The notes beneath the pieces were generated by a model, which ran no database searches, was not told where the DNA came from, and saw nothing but the letters and a program-made list of their open reading frames with translations. A DNA stretch of 63,996 bases, counting the filler, from Conidiobolus incongruus B7586 (lineage: Eukaryota), in the NCBI GenBank assembly GCA_000697335.1. It is 28 parts of 28 records of this genome, joined end to end, with 100 filler letters (N's around TTAATTAATTAA, not from the genome) between each part and the next. Parts side by side here need not be neighbours in the genome. Positions count along the whole stretch, not along the records: positions 9,116 to 11,836 come from JNEM01000909.1; positions 11,937 to 14,729 come from JNEM01000910.1; positions 14,830 to 17,390 come from JNEM01000912.1; positions 17,491 to 20,517 come from JNEM01000913.1; positions 20,618 to 23,522 come from JNEM01000914.1; positions 23,623 to 25,763 come from JNEM01000916.1; 22 more parts are not named here. One strand, 5' to 3'. The translations under genes were made by a program, and so were the position numbers. Of the stretch, positions 11,748 to 25,520 are shown piece by piece (position 1 is the first letter of the stretch; every line of letters begins with the position of its first letter).

Positions 11748-14700
11748 ACTTTTTATTATTTAATCAGAGTATATTTGGTTTAAATAAGTTTTAATAATTG
11801 ATAAATATGTCATTATTAATATATAATTAATAATAANNNNNNNNNNNNNNNNNNNNNNNNNNNNNNNNNNNNNNNNNNNNTTAATTAATTAANNNNNNNN
11901 NNNNNNNNNNNNNNNNNNNNNNNNNNNNNNNNNNNNAATTATATTTTAATTGATGAAAAATAAAGATAATTGTATAATAGCTTAATTTCTATAAATTTGA
12001 TATAATTATAATAATTTACTATTAATATTAAATTAAGAAATTCAATAATAAATGATATTCTTAAATAACCTATTATTTTTATAATATGTTTGTTTATTTA
12101 CAATGATTAAAAAGTTTTTATATTCAAATATAAAAGCCAATATATAATAATTTACAGTATTATTCAATTTAATAAAATCAAGATTTAATATTAGATTATT
12201 TAATAAATAATCAAAATAAATATAGATCTTTTTAAAGATATTATTTTTTATTATCCATTATATAATGAAAGTGAAAATACATCAAAAATGACTTATTTAC
12301 TTTAAAATAATATTATTAAATATTCCAAAAAGTATTTCTAATATATAATTGATTGGAATGAGAATTTTTTCTATGAAAGAGTTTTAAAAAATTTATTATT
12401 TACCAAATCAAATCTTAATAAAATAAGCTATTAAAGAAAATTATTTAAAAAATAAATATTTTTTATTTTTCAAATTTCAAAAGATTTATATTAACTATTT
12501 CTATATAAAGAAATATCATGGATTGTATGGTTTCTATAATAAATTTAATGAAAATAAATAAAAATCAAAATTAAAAAATATAGATCTTTTTTATCCTTAA
12601 ATTACCCTAATAAAAATATATCATTAACCTATTAAAGAATACTTCAATAATTCAAAGCTCGATTATTTCCTAAAAATTTTTGAAAATAAAGATAATAAAT
12701 TTAAAACTATTACAAATAGTAATAAATATAAAGATTATAATAAATTCATATGTATATATAAATTTACCTCAGTTTTTCATATTGAATAGTTTAATGTTAA
12801 TTCTTTGAATTATTTTAATTTTTTAACAAATATGAATTTAGAATAATCCAGAAAATTTTTAATCAGTATTATTAAATATTTAGATCTCAATTACTTTATT
12901 AAATAGTTAATTTATTCGCTAAATTTATTAAATTTACTAATTAAATTGATAAATTTTTTACAAAAATAAATGTTAATAAGTAAAATTTAATTTCAAAATA
13001 GATTTCAATATATAGAAATAAAACACACTCATATTATGGATTAGTATACTTGATAGATTCTGATAAAATTATATGTAAATATATTGATTTCATAAAATAT
13101 TGGGGCATATGAGAGCTTGAATTTTGTTCAAAAAGAATTTCAGCTAATGCTATATTTATTAGTACAAATGTCGCGAGTCGTATAAAATCCTATATATAAT
13201 AAATACTGTAATAATATTTCAAATAGTTTAATTTTTAGGGTGGTATATTTTGAGTATCAAGTGGTTCAAAAAGTAATTTCCTACACTTGAATCAAATGCT
13301 TCTTTTATCAATCACAATTACTTTACTCTAATTTTAGTATCATTTTAGATAATAGTTAGTGGTCTATTAATTCATTATACTAATTATATTCAATACGGCT
13401 TTCTAGGAGAACTCCAACAATAAACAAAATGACTGAAAATGACAGAATTATTAATTTGAGTTGAATAAAAAGAATTTATCAAAATATCATACTATACAAA
13501 ATAACCTATATTAACTATTCACAAAAACCTCCAAGTTAAAACTGATGGCAAAAGACTTTTAAAGTATAGTATTGCAAACTAGTTTAATTAATTTAAAGCT
13601 TGAAAATATAATATAAATACTTACCTTATTTAAGCTATCTTTAATCTATAATTATTAAAAGAAATAGAGATATAATTAAGGAATATTTCTGATATCACCT
13701 GTATATTTTAATAAAAGGACTAACGTAATCTATATTTTTCAATATTAAATCTAGTATTGCTTAATTAAGAGATAATTTGAAATTAGTTTAAAAATAAGGA
13801 CTATGAATAGATTATATTTTAATTAAAAATCAAATATATAAAAAAATATCTAAAATATATTTTATTGTCATGAAATAGAAAGAGCAATTAGGTAGAAAAA
13901 TAAAAGAAACTATAATAAATGCTTAATCAAAAATTATTTGAAAAAAGTAAACATTATTATTAAATACAAATATTAATAATATAAAATTCTATCAATTATG
14001 ATTATCAAAGAATAATTATTAATATGAAAAGTGTTTATATTTTAAAAATCAATTTATTTATTTTATACAAGGCAAATTAATTTAAAATAGGATTTATTTT
14101 TGTATAATAATAGATATATATATATTTAGCAAGAATTATAAAAAATTTGTTAATAAAAAACCAGTTTTTAATATTATAAGACTAGATTTTAAATTTTGAT
14201 ATTAAAACTCTCTAATTAATACTATCTTTTATCAAATTAAATTATATTTCTTTTAAGATTAATTTAATTTAATAAATATTTTTATTTTAATTAATTAATT
14301 TAATTCTCTTTTTTCCTTTTAATTTTTATTATTTTATCATCTTTATTAGTTACCTTTATTTCCTCAAATTAAGACTATCCTTATTAATACTATATTGACT
14401 TTATTACCTATTATTATTATAATTATTATATTTATTAAAATGATCAAATATAAATTTTTATGATTATGGTTATTTAATTAAATTAAAGAGTTTAATTTAT
14501 GAAAAAAATATTTAATAATGTCTTAACTTTATATTTTAAAATTAGGGATTTAATTTAGATAATAAAATATAAAAATTATATGAAATAATTAAGTAATTAA
14601 TAATAATATGGTATTTTTTACTAAAAATCATATAAATTATTAATTAAAAAATCATATTATCTTTTTTTTTAGCTTTATTTACTTAATTTAAATAAAATTT

Positions 14701-15566
14701 AAAATTAGATAATTTATTTTTTAAGCCATNNNNNNNNNNNNNNNNNNNNNNNNNNNNNNNNNNNNNNNNNNNNTTAATTAATTAANNNNNNNNNNNNNNN
14801 NNNNNNNNNNNNNNNNNNNNNNNNNNNNNATATCTTTTATTACAAAATTTCATATTTTCTTTATTTAAGATTAATAATATTAATATATACATTATATAAT
14901 ATTAATTCTTTAAATTGGATATTATTATTATTAATATATTAATGGGTTTTATTGATTTTAATATTATAAAACTCAATAGAGTAATATCAGGTAGAATATT
15001 ATAATATATTAATAATTTATGAATTATATACTTAAAAAGTTAAAAAAAATTCTCAATATGAATTTTATTAGAATATTGGCAAAATAAAATTGAAAAATAT
15101 ATAAAAATCAACTAATAAGATTCCGTATTAGTAATATTTTTTAAAATGATTATATAACTTCATAATATTAAAATAAATATAAAATCTTAATTATGGTTGA
15201 TACCATTTTCTACAAAAATATCTATTTAATTTTTTGAATAAAAGTTTATAATTTGTTTATCAATTTTTTAATATTTTATCAAATTGAATAATAGTCTAAT
15301 ATTTAAATAATTAAAATTAATTTATACAATAGAGTAGAATAGTTGTTTGATATATATATTTAGTTTAAAAATTATGAAAATTATGAAAAAAATAAATATA
15401 CCTAATTAAATAAAATATCATTAGTGTTAATATAATATTAGAATATGGTTTATCAATTTTGAATTAAATTAATAGCAAAAACAGATATAGATTTTAGATA
15501 AATTTATAATAAATTAATAAAAATAATAATATAAAGTTATTTAAAAAGATAGAATAATTTAATTGA

Positions 15567-15950
15567 TTAGTCATCTTGATGCTCGTCCAATTTAACCATG
15601 TCAGCATTCTCTTGAGTGGTAACAGAGTCATCAGATTGAGCTGGTTTTTGATCTTTTTCGAGTGTTTGGAGCATTTTTCCTAAACCCAAAATGTCATTAC
15701 CAAGATTTTCTCTTATGAAACCAATTCCAGTGTTGAGAGCACTATTCAATTCCCCAAGATGAAGCGAATCGGTCAAAACTGTTAAAGGTACATATTCATT
15801 GAGTGTGGGGATTTGAAGCCCAGAAATCAATTGAGGAAGGGGAAGAGCTTGTAGCAGTGATCCAAGAGCACCAAATGGCTCTTCCCTTCTTTCCAATACA
15901 GGTTTCGACCAAATTGGTGAAAATAAAATCTATAAATTTCTGAATTTCAT
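15567..15950 (-). pseudogene. secreted protein gene (127 codons) with an in-frame TAG at codon 7; ORF-track call 15567-15896 is its truncated part
   Basis: The ATG at 15950 is in frame: MKFRNL*ILFSPIWS-KPVLERR-EEPFGALGSLL.. This reads as a signal peptide plus an LERR Kex2-type propeptide. The body is GC-richer and intact and ends in TAA at 15567. Confidence 0.7.
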
Positions 15951-17365
15951 TATTTTAAAAGTTTGAAAATATTAATAAAGAAATTGATAAAATATTTAAA
16001 TATTTCAATTTTCATAGCTCTATAAAATTGATAAACAAAATTTAACTATATTTAATTATTTTAAATTAAGGTTAATTTAAAATTGAAATTAAATATTCAA
16101 TTCGTTGCCATATTTTTTTCAATTAGATAATATTCATTTCAATTTTGATTAGTCAAAACTAGCAATATAACTTCTAAATATAATTTATTATTAGAAATAT
16201 TAATCAGTTTATCAAATATAGTTTCTATTATTGGAGATTTACAGTATACATATTTTAATTGTTAAATGATAACAAAATATTTATTAATTATTTTAATTAT
16301 TAAGCGTAGAACATGAAACAAAAAAGTAATATAGCATATTCTCAATATATATCAATATGATAAATACATATACAATTTTTCAATTTTATAAATTCTGATA
16401 TCAAATTATAATTAAATAATTTAATAATAGGGATTAAATAAAAATAACATCCTAATCGAAATTATACTTTACTAAATTAAATACTTCAAACTCTTAAACA
16501 ACTGGGATGTAATAAATTTTTAGTTATTTATACTTAATTCTAGGATTATCATATTTGCCCTTACAAGTCTAGGCAAAATAAAATTAGTAATGATTAACTT
16601 TTAAATTTGATCATTTGGAATAAATTAATTTTATAATATGTTAAAAAATTATTAAAATTCTAATATTGGGAAAAAAAATTAACTGTTATAATATAATATA
16701 TTATTATAAATATTCAATTCGTTAATATTAATTTATATAAATATTAAAGTTCTTTGATTAATAGTATATTCATTATTGAATAGTAAGTCAAACCGATAGT
16801 CAATAAATAAATTCAGTTAATAAAAAAATTATTATATCAGATTTAATAAGGCACAACTATATATAATTATATAAATATTCATTACAATAGCTAAAAGATT
16901 TAGATATTATAATATAATATTTTGCTCTTTTTAAATTTTTTCATTTCAGGTTATGGTATATGATTTTGTACAACTTGGCGAAATTACATCTTCGATCTTG
17001 AACAAAATTTTTATATTATTTTATTAATATAAAGTGCAAACCAGGATTTAAGATAATTAACAATAATAATTGTATATAAGACAATTTGGTTTAATAAATC
17101 ATATTGGAAAATGCTCCCTGTTTTGAATTGTAAATTTAGGAATAATATAAATATCAACTCATTTATCAAAACCTGGTATATTATACAAATTTATATTATT
17201 TAATATTCAAAGCTTGTAATATAGGTTTTCTCATGATAAATATTAATTTATATATTGTTGAAATATAACAAGTTAAATTATATACAAAATTATACTTTTA
17301 ATAATTAATTTCAAAACTAAAACCACAAAGAAATAATGTTATATTTTAATTTATTAGCTCATATA

Positions 17366-17390
17366 ATATATATATATATATATATATATA
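17366..17390. repeat. (AT)n microsatellite at contig end
   Basis: 25-bp AT run abutting the linker; similar runs occur at 235-252, 19598-19621 and 53956-53976. Confidence 0.85.
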
Positions 17391-18686
17391 NNNNNNNNNN
17401 NNNNNNNNNNNNNNNNNNNNNNNNNNNNNNNNNNTTAATTAATTAANNNNNNNNNNNNNNNNNNNNNNNNNNNNNNNNNNNNNNNNNNNNATAAAGTTAA
17501 AATAGTCTTTTCTATTATTAAATATTAACTATAATTATAGATAATAATAGTATATAATTTTTAAACTTAATTCATTAATATAAATTAATTTTTATTAGGT
17601 TTTATCTAATTTTTTAAAATCAAACTATATTGAATTAAAATCTAAATATTAATAATTATTTTTATTTTATTTAATAAATATAAAATAAATAAAATTAAGG
17701 TTTGATAAGATTATTTAGATAGAAAAAATTAAAAAAAGGTGCCATAATTAATATATTCAATAAGTTACAACTTATATAATTATAATTATTTTTATTCAAA
17801 TAAAAAATATATTTATAAGAGAAAATTCTTGTAAAATATAATAAGGTTATTAATTATTGAATTTTAATCTTTAATTGAAAATTGTTATTTAGGTCTTCAA
17901 TGCTTGCTAAAGGTTTGGTGAAAAGTTATGAATATTAAAGGAGAATATTTAACTAATATCAATTATTAATCTTTATATCATATATATTAATAATTTTATG
18001 TAATTTTGATTTTAAAATTTTATAATTACTTAATCTCAATACAATTATTAAATCTAAAGATCAAAGGAAACTGATATAAATTCAGAAATTATTCACTAAT
18101 TAATTTTCATTTTATGTTGAGATATGTTTTATAAAAATTCATCTATATAAGTCAAATATAGGTCAAACTATTAATAAATTATTATTAAAATCGAAATAGG
18201 GTTATTTAAAGCTAATCAAATTCATAATTTTGAAAAAATAATCAAGTATTTTAAATCAGATGATTATTAATTTTTGATTGAAAAAATAGTTGATTTGTTA
18301 ATAATCTAATTATGTGAGTAATTAGGATCTTGGGTAAGTCTAGTTAGTTAATATCATTACACAAATATTTCAAGTTATAAATCATATATGTTATGGTTAG
18401 AAGGATATCAAATCAAATTTTTATGATAACTGATCGAAGTATTGTTTTGATATTAAATAGGAGGAACATATTGGAATATCATCATCCATACTTATTAATT
18501 AGATGATTATATTAATCATTGGCTATAATAAGTTGGTAAATTATGATTATTTAACACTCGTTCATTATATTATGTTAAAAATTGAAATGAATAACTTTTA
18601 TTTATATTAAAAGAATTGTTTCCATAATAATAGATTTTTATAATTAACTATTAACAATGATTTTGAGTATCAACCTAATTGTTCGA

Positions 18687-19425
18687 TTAATATGTATTCC
18701 GCGATGGATTTGCACCAGTTGAAGCTGTTCCAATATCCTGAGATGAAATCATCCGCGTTGTAGTCTCTTGAGAAGTAAGTTGAGTGGAAGTAGAAGTTAA
18801 GGGAAAATCTGGTACAGGTAAATTATCCAATTGATTTGTAAGTGGTTTTGGGAGTTCATATGCAGGAGGATCACGTTGAGCAACCTCGTAAGTTGGCGGT
18901 GGCAAAGGTAAAGAATCTGGAGCTTCTGGATTATTTCTCATTTCAGGCCCATTTTCAATATCGATATTATATCCAACTGGATTATCAACCACTTTCATGA
19001 TTTTCTTTAATAACTAGGAAGTATTTAGTTTAGCATAAATATAAAAATATGAATATGTTTACCAATATTTGATCTAATAAAATTAAAACTGTAACACATA
19101 GAGCAAAAATAGCTACTGGTTGATAAATCTTTTGTATTTTGAAAATAGCAAATAACATTATGACACACAAACCTATTAAAATTGAGATCCTGATTGAGAA
19201 AGCTTTATAAATACTACTCTTTAGCTGTGAGATTTGACTAGAATTCTCTGCCATTCTAGCTTGATAAATAGCGTCTAAAATATCTCCTCTCCACCGAAAT
19301 GGAATAGTTTCTGCAGCTTCATTACCTCGCTCATTAACGTTAATACTGATTGGGACAGCATTATCATTATTAGTTGGACAATTAGAATGAAACTGAGGAT
19401 TATAATTCATTGATCTGATAAACAT
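18687..19425 (-). CDS. two-exon gene (19425-19063, 19013-18687): 229-aa membrane protein with two TM helices and two PPxY motifs
   Basis: A 49-bp phase-0 intron GTAAAC..GCTAAAC..CCTAG (19062-19014) joins the two ORF-track ORFs in frame (..LLDQIL|LLKKIMKVV..). Hydrophobic segments are ISILIGLCVIMLFAIF and VAIFALCVTVLILL. The PPxY motifs are LPPPTY and DPPAY. Confidence 0.88.
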
Positions 19426-20849
19426 TTTTAATAATTGGATTTTATAACTTCATAATAAATCAAATAAACTAAATATTTTAAATAATACTCAATTGCATGG
19501 TTTTATAATAATTCCAATATCCAAGTACAACTTTTATAATATCCAATAACTATTCAATTTTTCCTTTAGGAGAAATTTTATTTTGTGATACGATATAATA
19601 TATATATATATATATATATATGATTTTATTCAAATAAATTGAATAAATGTTTTATATAAGCTTTTATTGAGAGGGATAAAATATTTTAAAAAAAATTTTA
19701 TACTAATTCTAATAATGATATCAAAATTTATTCAAATCAAATTATTAAATTATTAAAATTTATTTTATTTTTTGATTTAAGAAAATTTATTCAATGAATT
19801 TACATCAAAATATTTTTTACTGACCATATAGTTATGCAACAATGTCATTATATATCAAGTCAAATTAGTTAAGAACCAATTTCATATGATATATTCAGAA
19901 TCTGAAATAAAAATATTTAGTCAATTAATATTAGAGTAATTTGACTCCTTTATTTCTGATATATTGTCTAATTCAAATATATAGTAATTAGAAATTTCCA
20001 ATTTTAATTATTTTTTAATTTATTCTAATTCTTTTCAATAATAATATTATTTTATTTTATATATAGACTTAGAGAAAAATTGATCATTTAATACAATATG
20101 ACTCCTATTAAATAACATTTTTAAATTTTAATTTCATTTCAGTAATCTATTGAAATTAATCTATATATTTTATTCTATATAAAAGTAAAAACTTTTAAAT
20201 CATAATATTGACAAAAATATAATATATCTTTATATATATATGTAAATAAAAGTTTTATCAATGAATTTTGATATATATTGAATGCATTTTACCAATTTAA
20301 GATTCCTTTAATAGATAATTAAAAAAATAAAACCAGGATTTAGTAAAAATTATCTAAATAAGCTAATCCTGAAAAAATATAATAGGTAATATTTTCATAA
20401 TATATGAATTCTTAAAATAAGTAATTTTTTAATACAATATTATTTAAATTAATATTAAAGATTAGTTTTGATATAGGAAAAAATATATAGTAATATAAAA
20501 TTGAAATTTAAATATAANNNNNNNNNNNNNNNNNNNNNNNNNNNNNNNNNNNNNNNNNNNNTTAATTAATTAANNNNNNNNNNNNNNNNNNNNNNNNNNN
20601 NNNNNNNNNNNNNNNNNTAATAATATTTAAAATAAATTAAGAAATAAAAAGATATTATTATTTAAATTAGTTAATCGCAAAATATCAAAACTATTTATTA
20701 ATAAAGAATATTATAATTTGAAATATTAATTTATAATATTTAAAAAAATAATTTTCTTTATATTTTATATTTATACAAATATATTACATTTAAATTTCAA
20801 TAATTTTAAAAATTATATTAAAATTCATACTTATTTCAATATTAACTAA

Positions 20850-21850
20850 TTATTTATATTCTTTTAAATTAATGATCTTAAAATTGTTTATTCACACAAT
20901 AATATCATGTATATCTTGTAAACATCTTGAAAGTTAATTCTTGATTTAAAACTACTATATTTGTGTGGATTTGTAATTTTAATCTAAAATGATAACTAAT
21001 CAAAATTTAACAAAATTAAATTAATATTTTTTATTTTTTGATATCAATTAATTAAAAATAAATAAAGAATATAATTCAGTGTAACTAGTTAAATATTAAT
21101 ATAATTTAAAGATAAAAATAAAAGTATATTATTTAGTTAAATATAATGTTTTATTGATCAATAAATATGAAAAATAGATAGTTCAAAATTTGACAAAAAA
21201 CCAAAAGAAATTTGTTAAAGCTATAGTTATACTAAACGAAATATCTTATTACAAAAACCAAATATTTTATAATTAATATTTGAAATCCATATATCTTGAA
21301 TTTTATTATATTATACACTAAAAATACAACTAGATGTTAAATCAAGCTAAATTAATCCCATTTATAAACTCTAAAGAATAATTATCATAAAACTGAGTTA
21401 TAATTGATTATTGTAATAAATTTTAATATTTTATTAGATTTTTTTTAAATATTCAACAAATTAGTTTATAGTAAACTATATATTAATTTTTTAAAATTAT
21501 GCCTAATATGAATTAAAAATAGTTATTTTTTTCCATAATAATTTAATAAATTGTTAAAGCTATAAATGAATTTTTTAAAAAACATTAAAAAGTTAAAATT
21601 ACTAAAATATAAATGGATTATAACCAAAAAATTTTACCTGATTGAGATAATTAAAAAATTAGTTTGAAAAAAATAATAAAAATTAAATTAATTTCTTCCA
21701 ACAATTAAAAATTTAACCTTATAATAAAAATCAGTTTTTTATATATTAAATATTTACTAAAAATATTGGAAAAAGTTATTTAAATTGAAAAATAGTATTG
21801 ATTTTTTTTTGAATCAAGGTATATTTTTATTTATTTATATATTTATATAT
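20850..21850 (+). mobile_element. old, highly diverged mariner family B-like copy
   Basis: aaaatacaactagatgttaaatcaagctaaattaatccc (about 21322) resembles aaaatacaaatcaagatgctagattaagccaaatcaaccccc (29048); the 3' segment aaatattggaaaaagttatt (about 21762) is colinear. Boundaries are approximate. Confidence 0.6.
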
Positions 21851-23699
21851 TTTTTATAAAGAATATTAAATAATAACCTATTATAATTTTTATGATATAA
21901 TAATCATCAATTATGTAATTAATTAATATTTCAAAATATTATTTATATATTAACTGACAAATATATTAGAAAATTATAAATAATTCAAATGTTATTAAAG
22001 ATATGAAATATTTGAATATAGTTAATTTATATTAATTTACTGTTATTAATTACTCTATATAATGAAATATATTTATTTGATAAACATACATCATAAATTT
22101 TTTCTAAAAATGATCATACAAAAGATTATATTTGATTTTGTAATTCAATCAATATTTATTAATTTAAATAAGTAATAATAATAGAATTTAGAAATTTTAG
22201 TTATATTTAATATAATGTTTTTTTGTTCAATTATATTTAAAAATTAAAATGATTAAATATTAAAAATTGAAAATATTTTTAGCATTAAATATAATTTAAT
22301 TAAATATTTTCAATTATTTTAATATTTTAAAATTAAATATAATAAATAAATTCAATATTGATTATAAATCAAATTGGTTATCAAAAGTACAAATGTTTTA
22401 GTAAAAAATAGAAATATGAAAATTTAGAATATGTGAATTAGATTTAATAGTTCAAAGTTCTTTTGGTTGAAAAATTTCTAATTTAAATGTTAAAAATCCA
22501 TATATGAATTATAAAATCATGTATATTTATAGATACATCAAATCTTATTAAATTTCAATTGTAATATATATTTATATATTATTTCAAAATAATTTAAGAA
22601 ATTTTTTTTTAAAAGTATTGGAAATTCTTAATTGATTTTTATATATTATTATTATTTCATATTAAATATTAAATGATATTAATTATATAGTGATAATAAA
22701 TGTGATAACCAAAAATCTTCCTATGGTAAATTATTTATAATATTGTATATGTATAGAAAAAATTAAATTTTGAATAAATTTATAAATCAATTTTTATATA
22801 TTTTTATAAAAAGCACTTAATATATATATTATATTTTTATAAAATTTTGATATTCTATTATATTATTGAACATAATTTTTTTTAACAAAATGATTTTGAC
22901 AAGTTAAAAAAATAAATACATAAAATTCAAATCTAAATTTAAAAGTCAGTCAAATAAAATTCAAATTATTTCATAATTATATCAGAAAGTTTATAAATTT
23001 AATAAGAGATTTATATTAAATATCATCGTAATAAAGTACTAAATTTTATTATTTTCTATTTAATATTCTGAATATGAAAGAATTTTTTAATGTTATTTTT
23101 AATTAAATATGTAAATTTTATTTAAATTCATATTATTTGATATTTGAAAAATATTTTTTTATATCATTAATTTAATTATTTTATAAATTGATTTCAACAA
23201 TTGTTTAATTTATTGATAATATAATTAAAATATGTTGAAATTTATATAAATATCATAACCTGATAACATGATTTTTCTTTATTTTTTAAGAACTTAACAA
23301 AATATAATATTTGTATTTAATTATTTCAATCACAAAATATATTAAAAATTTATATAACTATTATTTTTGAATATATTTTAAATTAATCATTTAATCAATA
23401 TAAGTAATAAATTGATAAATTTGTTTTACCTTTTTAATATGTAATATTAATTTTCAAATTAATTTTAACTCATTCAAATATAAGAAATAATATAGAATTA
23501 TTTATATGAGTTTAGGTTAATTNNNNNNNNNNNNNNNNNNNNNNNNNNNNNNNNNNNNNNNNNNNNTTAATTAATTAANNNNNNNNNNNNNNNNNNNNNN
23601 NNNNNNNNNNNNNNNNNNNNNNAAATCTCAATATAAAATATATAATTTTATTAAATTTTTATAAGTTATTAATATTCTATTAAAATATATTTATATAAG

Positions 23700-25520
23700 A
23701 ATTATATTGTTTATTTAAAACTAATTATTTATTTTCTTTATTTTTATTTGATAAAAATAATAATTAAACAAATTATTAAAATATTATAAATTCTAGTTTA
23801 ACTAATATTTAATTAATTCCTAAATAAATATTTTTATTAATTTCAAACTTATAATTTTTTTTTGAAACTATATTTTAAATATAATATATATAAAACTAAA
23901 TCCTATCATTTAAAAAACATAATCTTATATAAATTCTATAGTTTAAATATAAAAGCTCTTATTATTCACTAAAAACAATAATTGTTAATCAATTTCCAAA
24001 AATTCCTAGTATGCAAATGTTGAAACATTGAATAAATATTAATTTGGTTAATAGAATTCCACCTCAAAAATAAAAAGATGGTAAATAAAATAGGGTTTGC
24101 CTATTTATCACAAATAAGAAAGCTCTATTTTATCTTGATATACTATGATATAACAATTCACTAAATTAAAAAACAAAGAAGAAATAAGTATAAAAAGGTT
24201 ATATTTTATTGTGATGAAAACTATTATTTTAAAAGTTTTAATAATCCTTCTATCTTTAAAATTAATTTTAATTATGTTTAATGTTGAACTTAAAGAATAC
24301 AAACATCTCTCCTAGTATAAATATATAATTGCTAGATATCTATATATTCCTATAGATCTTGAGATTATTACACAATACCTTCATACAAATAAATTAATTT
24401 GTAAATTTAACAGCTGTAAGCTTGATAATTTAAATCACCACAAGAAAGTTATTACCAAGTTATTTAGATTAAGAGGTGAAAATATATTTATTATACCCCT
24501 TTTCATATATACTTTTAGCTTCAACTTAAACATTAGGAAAAATGTTTTCATCAACACTAATTGCTATTTCCTTAACTGTTCAAATACCAAAATTAGAAAT
24601 AATGTATTTATTGCTTTAAATGTTCAAATTTACACTACAACTCACCCTATAAACCCTTTAAAAAGAAGAAAATATGAACTTGTTAAACTAGTTACAATTG
24701 ATAATAATGTATAGATTGGAGGTAATGCAATAATTTGTCCAGGTGTTACTATTAGTGATAGTGTTACAATTGGGGCTAAAAGCATTGTAACTAAGAACTT
24801 CCTACCCTACATTGTGATTGTAGGTAATCCTACAAAAATCATTAAAGAATTACATGTTTATAAAGAGTATAAAAAACTAAAAGATTCAGAGGATATCAAT
24901 AATTTTCTCAGAAATTATAATTACAGCTATTTATGTAATAAGTTATAAAATTTTGTCTTATTTTTAATAAATATAGTTTATAAAAAGTATTAATTTAAAT
25001 TATAATAATAAATCTATATTTTATGATTTATTTTGAAAATATATTAATTATATTAATTAATAATTAATATTTAACATGCTATATTATAAAAGGATCTAAT
25101 ATAAATTAAATTAGCTTTAGATGGATAGATTATCATAAATGAAAAAATATTAATTGAATATATTTGTTAAATCAAATATTACAAATAAGATAAATTGTAT
25201 TTTTTTATTAATAAACTTAAAAATAAAAATTTTTAAAAATATCAAAATAATGAGTGTAAATAAATAGTCCAAGTATATATTAAGATGATATCAAAAGTTT
25301 ATTTATTATACATTTGTATATAAAAATTTAATTACAAAACAATAGACAATGTTTAAATAATATATTCCTAGAATTTTATATTATCATCAATCTTTATATT
25401 TCTTTTTTTATTAAGTAATATTTACCTAAGATCTAGTTTTTAAGCAAATTCAACTTTATTAATATTTAATTTTAATTCAATAAGGCAATATTTTTCACTT
25501 TTTAATCAATTGATATTTTG
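23700..25520 (+). repeat. copy 1 of an approximately 2-kb segmental duplication (paralogous to about 25990-27800)
   Basis: Flanks are alignable, e.g. cattgaataaatattaatttggttaatagaattc at 24027 vs 26327, and cctagaattttatattat at 25367 vs 27638. Confidence 0.9.
24274..24948 (+). pseudogene. maltose/galactoside O-acetyltransferase (Mac domain + hexapeptide repeats) pseudogene, copy 1
   Basis: 224 codons from ATG to TAA with internal TAGs at 24313 and 24712. Motifs include NVFINTNCYFLN, NVQIYTTTHP and VTIDNNV*IGGNAIICPGVTISDSVTIGAKSIVTK..GNPTKIIK. Confidence 0.9.

Noticed and set aside
13617..13627. ATACTTACCT resembling the U1 snRNA 5' end (also at about 37218)
   Set aside because: No U1 stem-loops or Sm site follow; better read as a reverse-complement splice donor or chance.
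13860..14220. Possible further Tc1-like relic (FLYNN..ARIIK..D*)
   Set aside because: Too degraded to support without a profile search.
25431..25440. CTAGT as a Helitron 3' end of the duplicated acetyltransferase unit
   Set aside because: No GC hairpin upstream, and similarity between the two copies continues beyond the motif.
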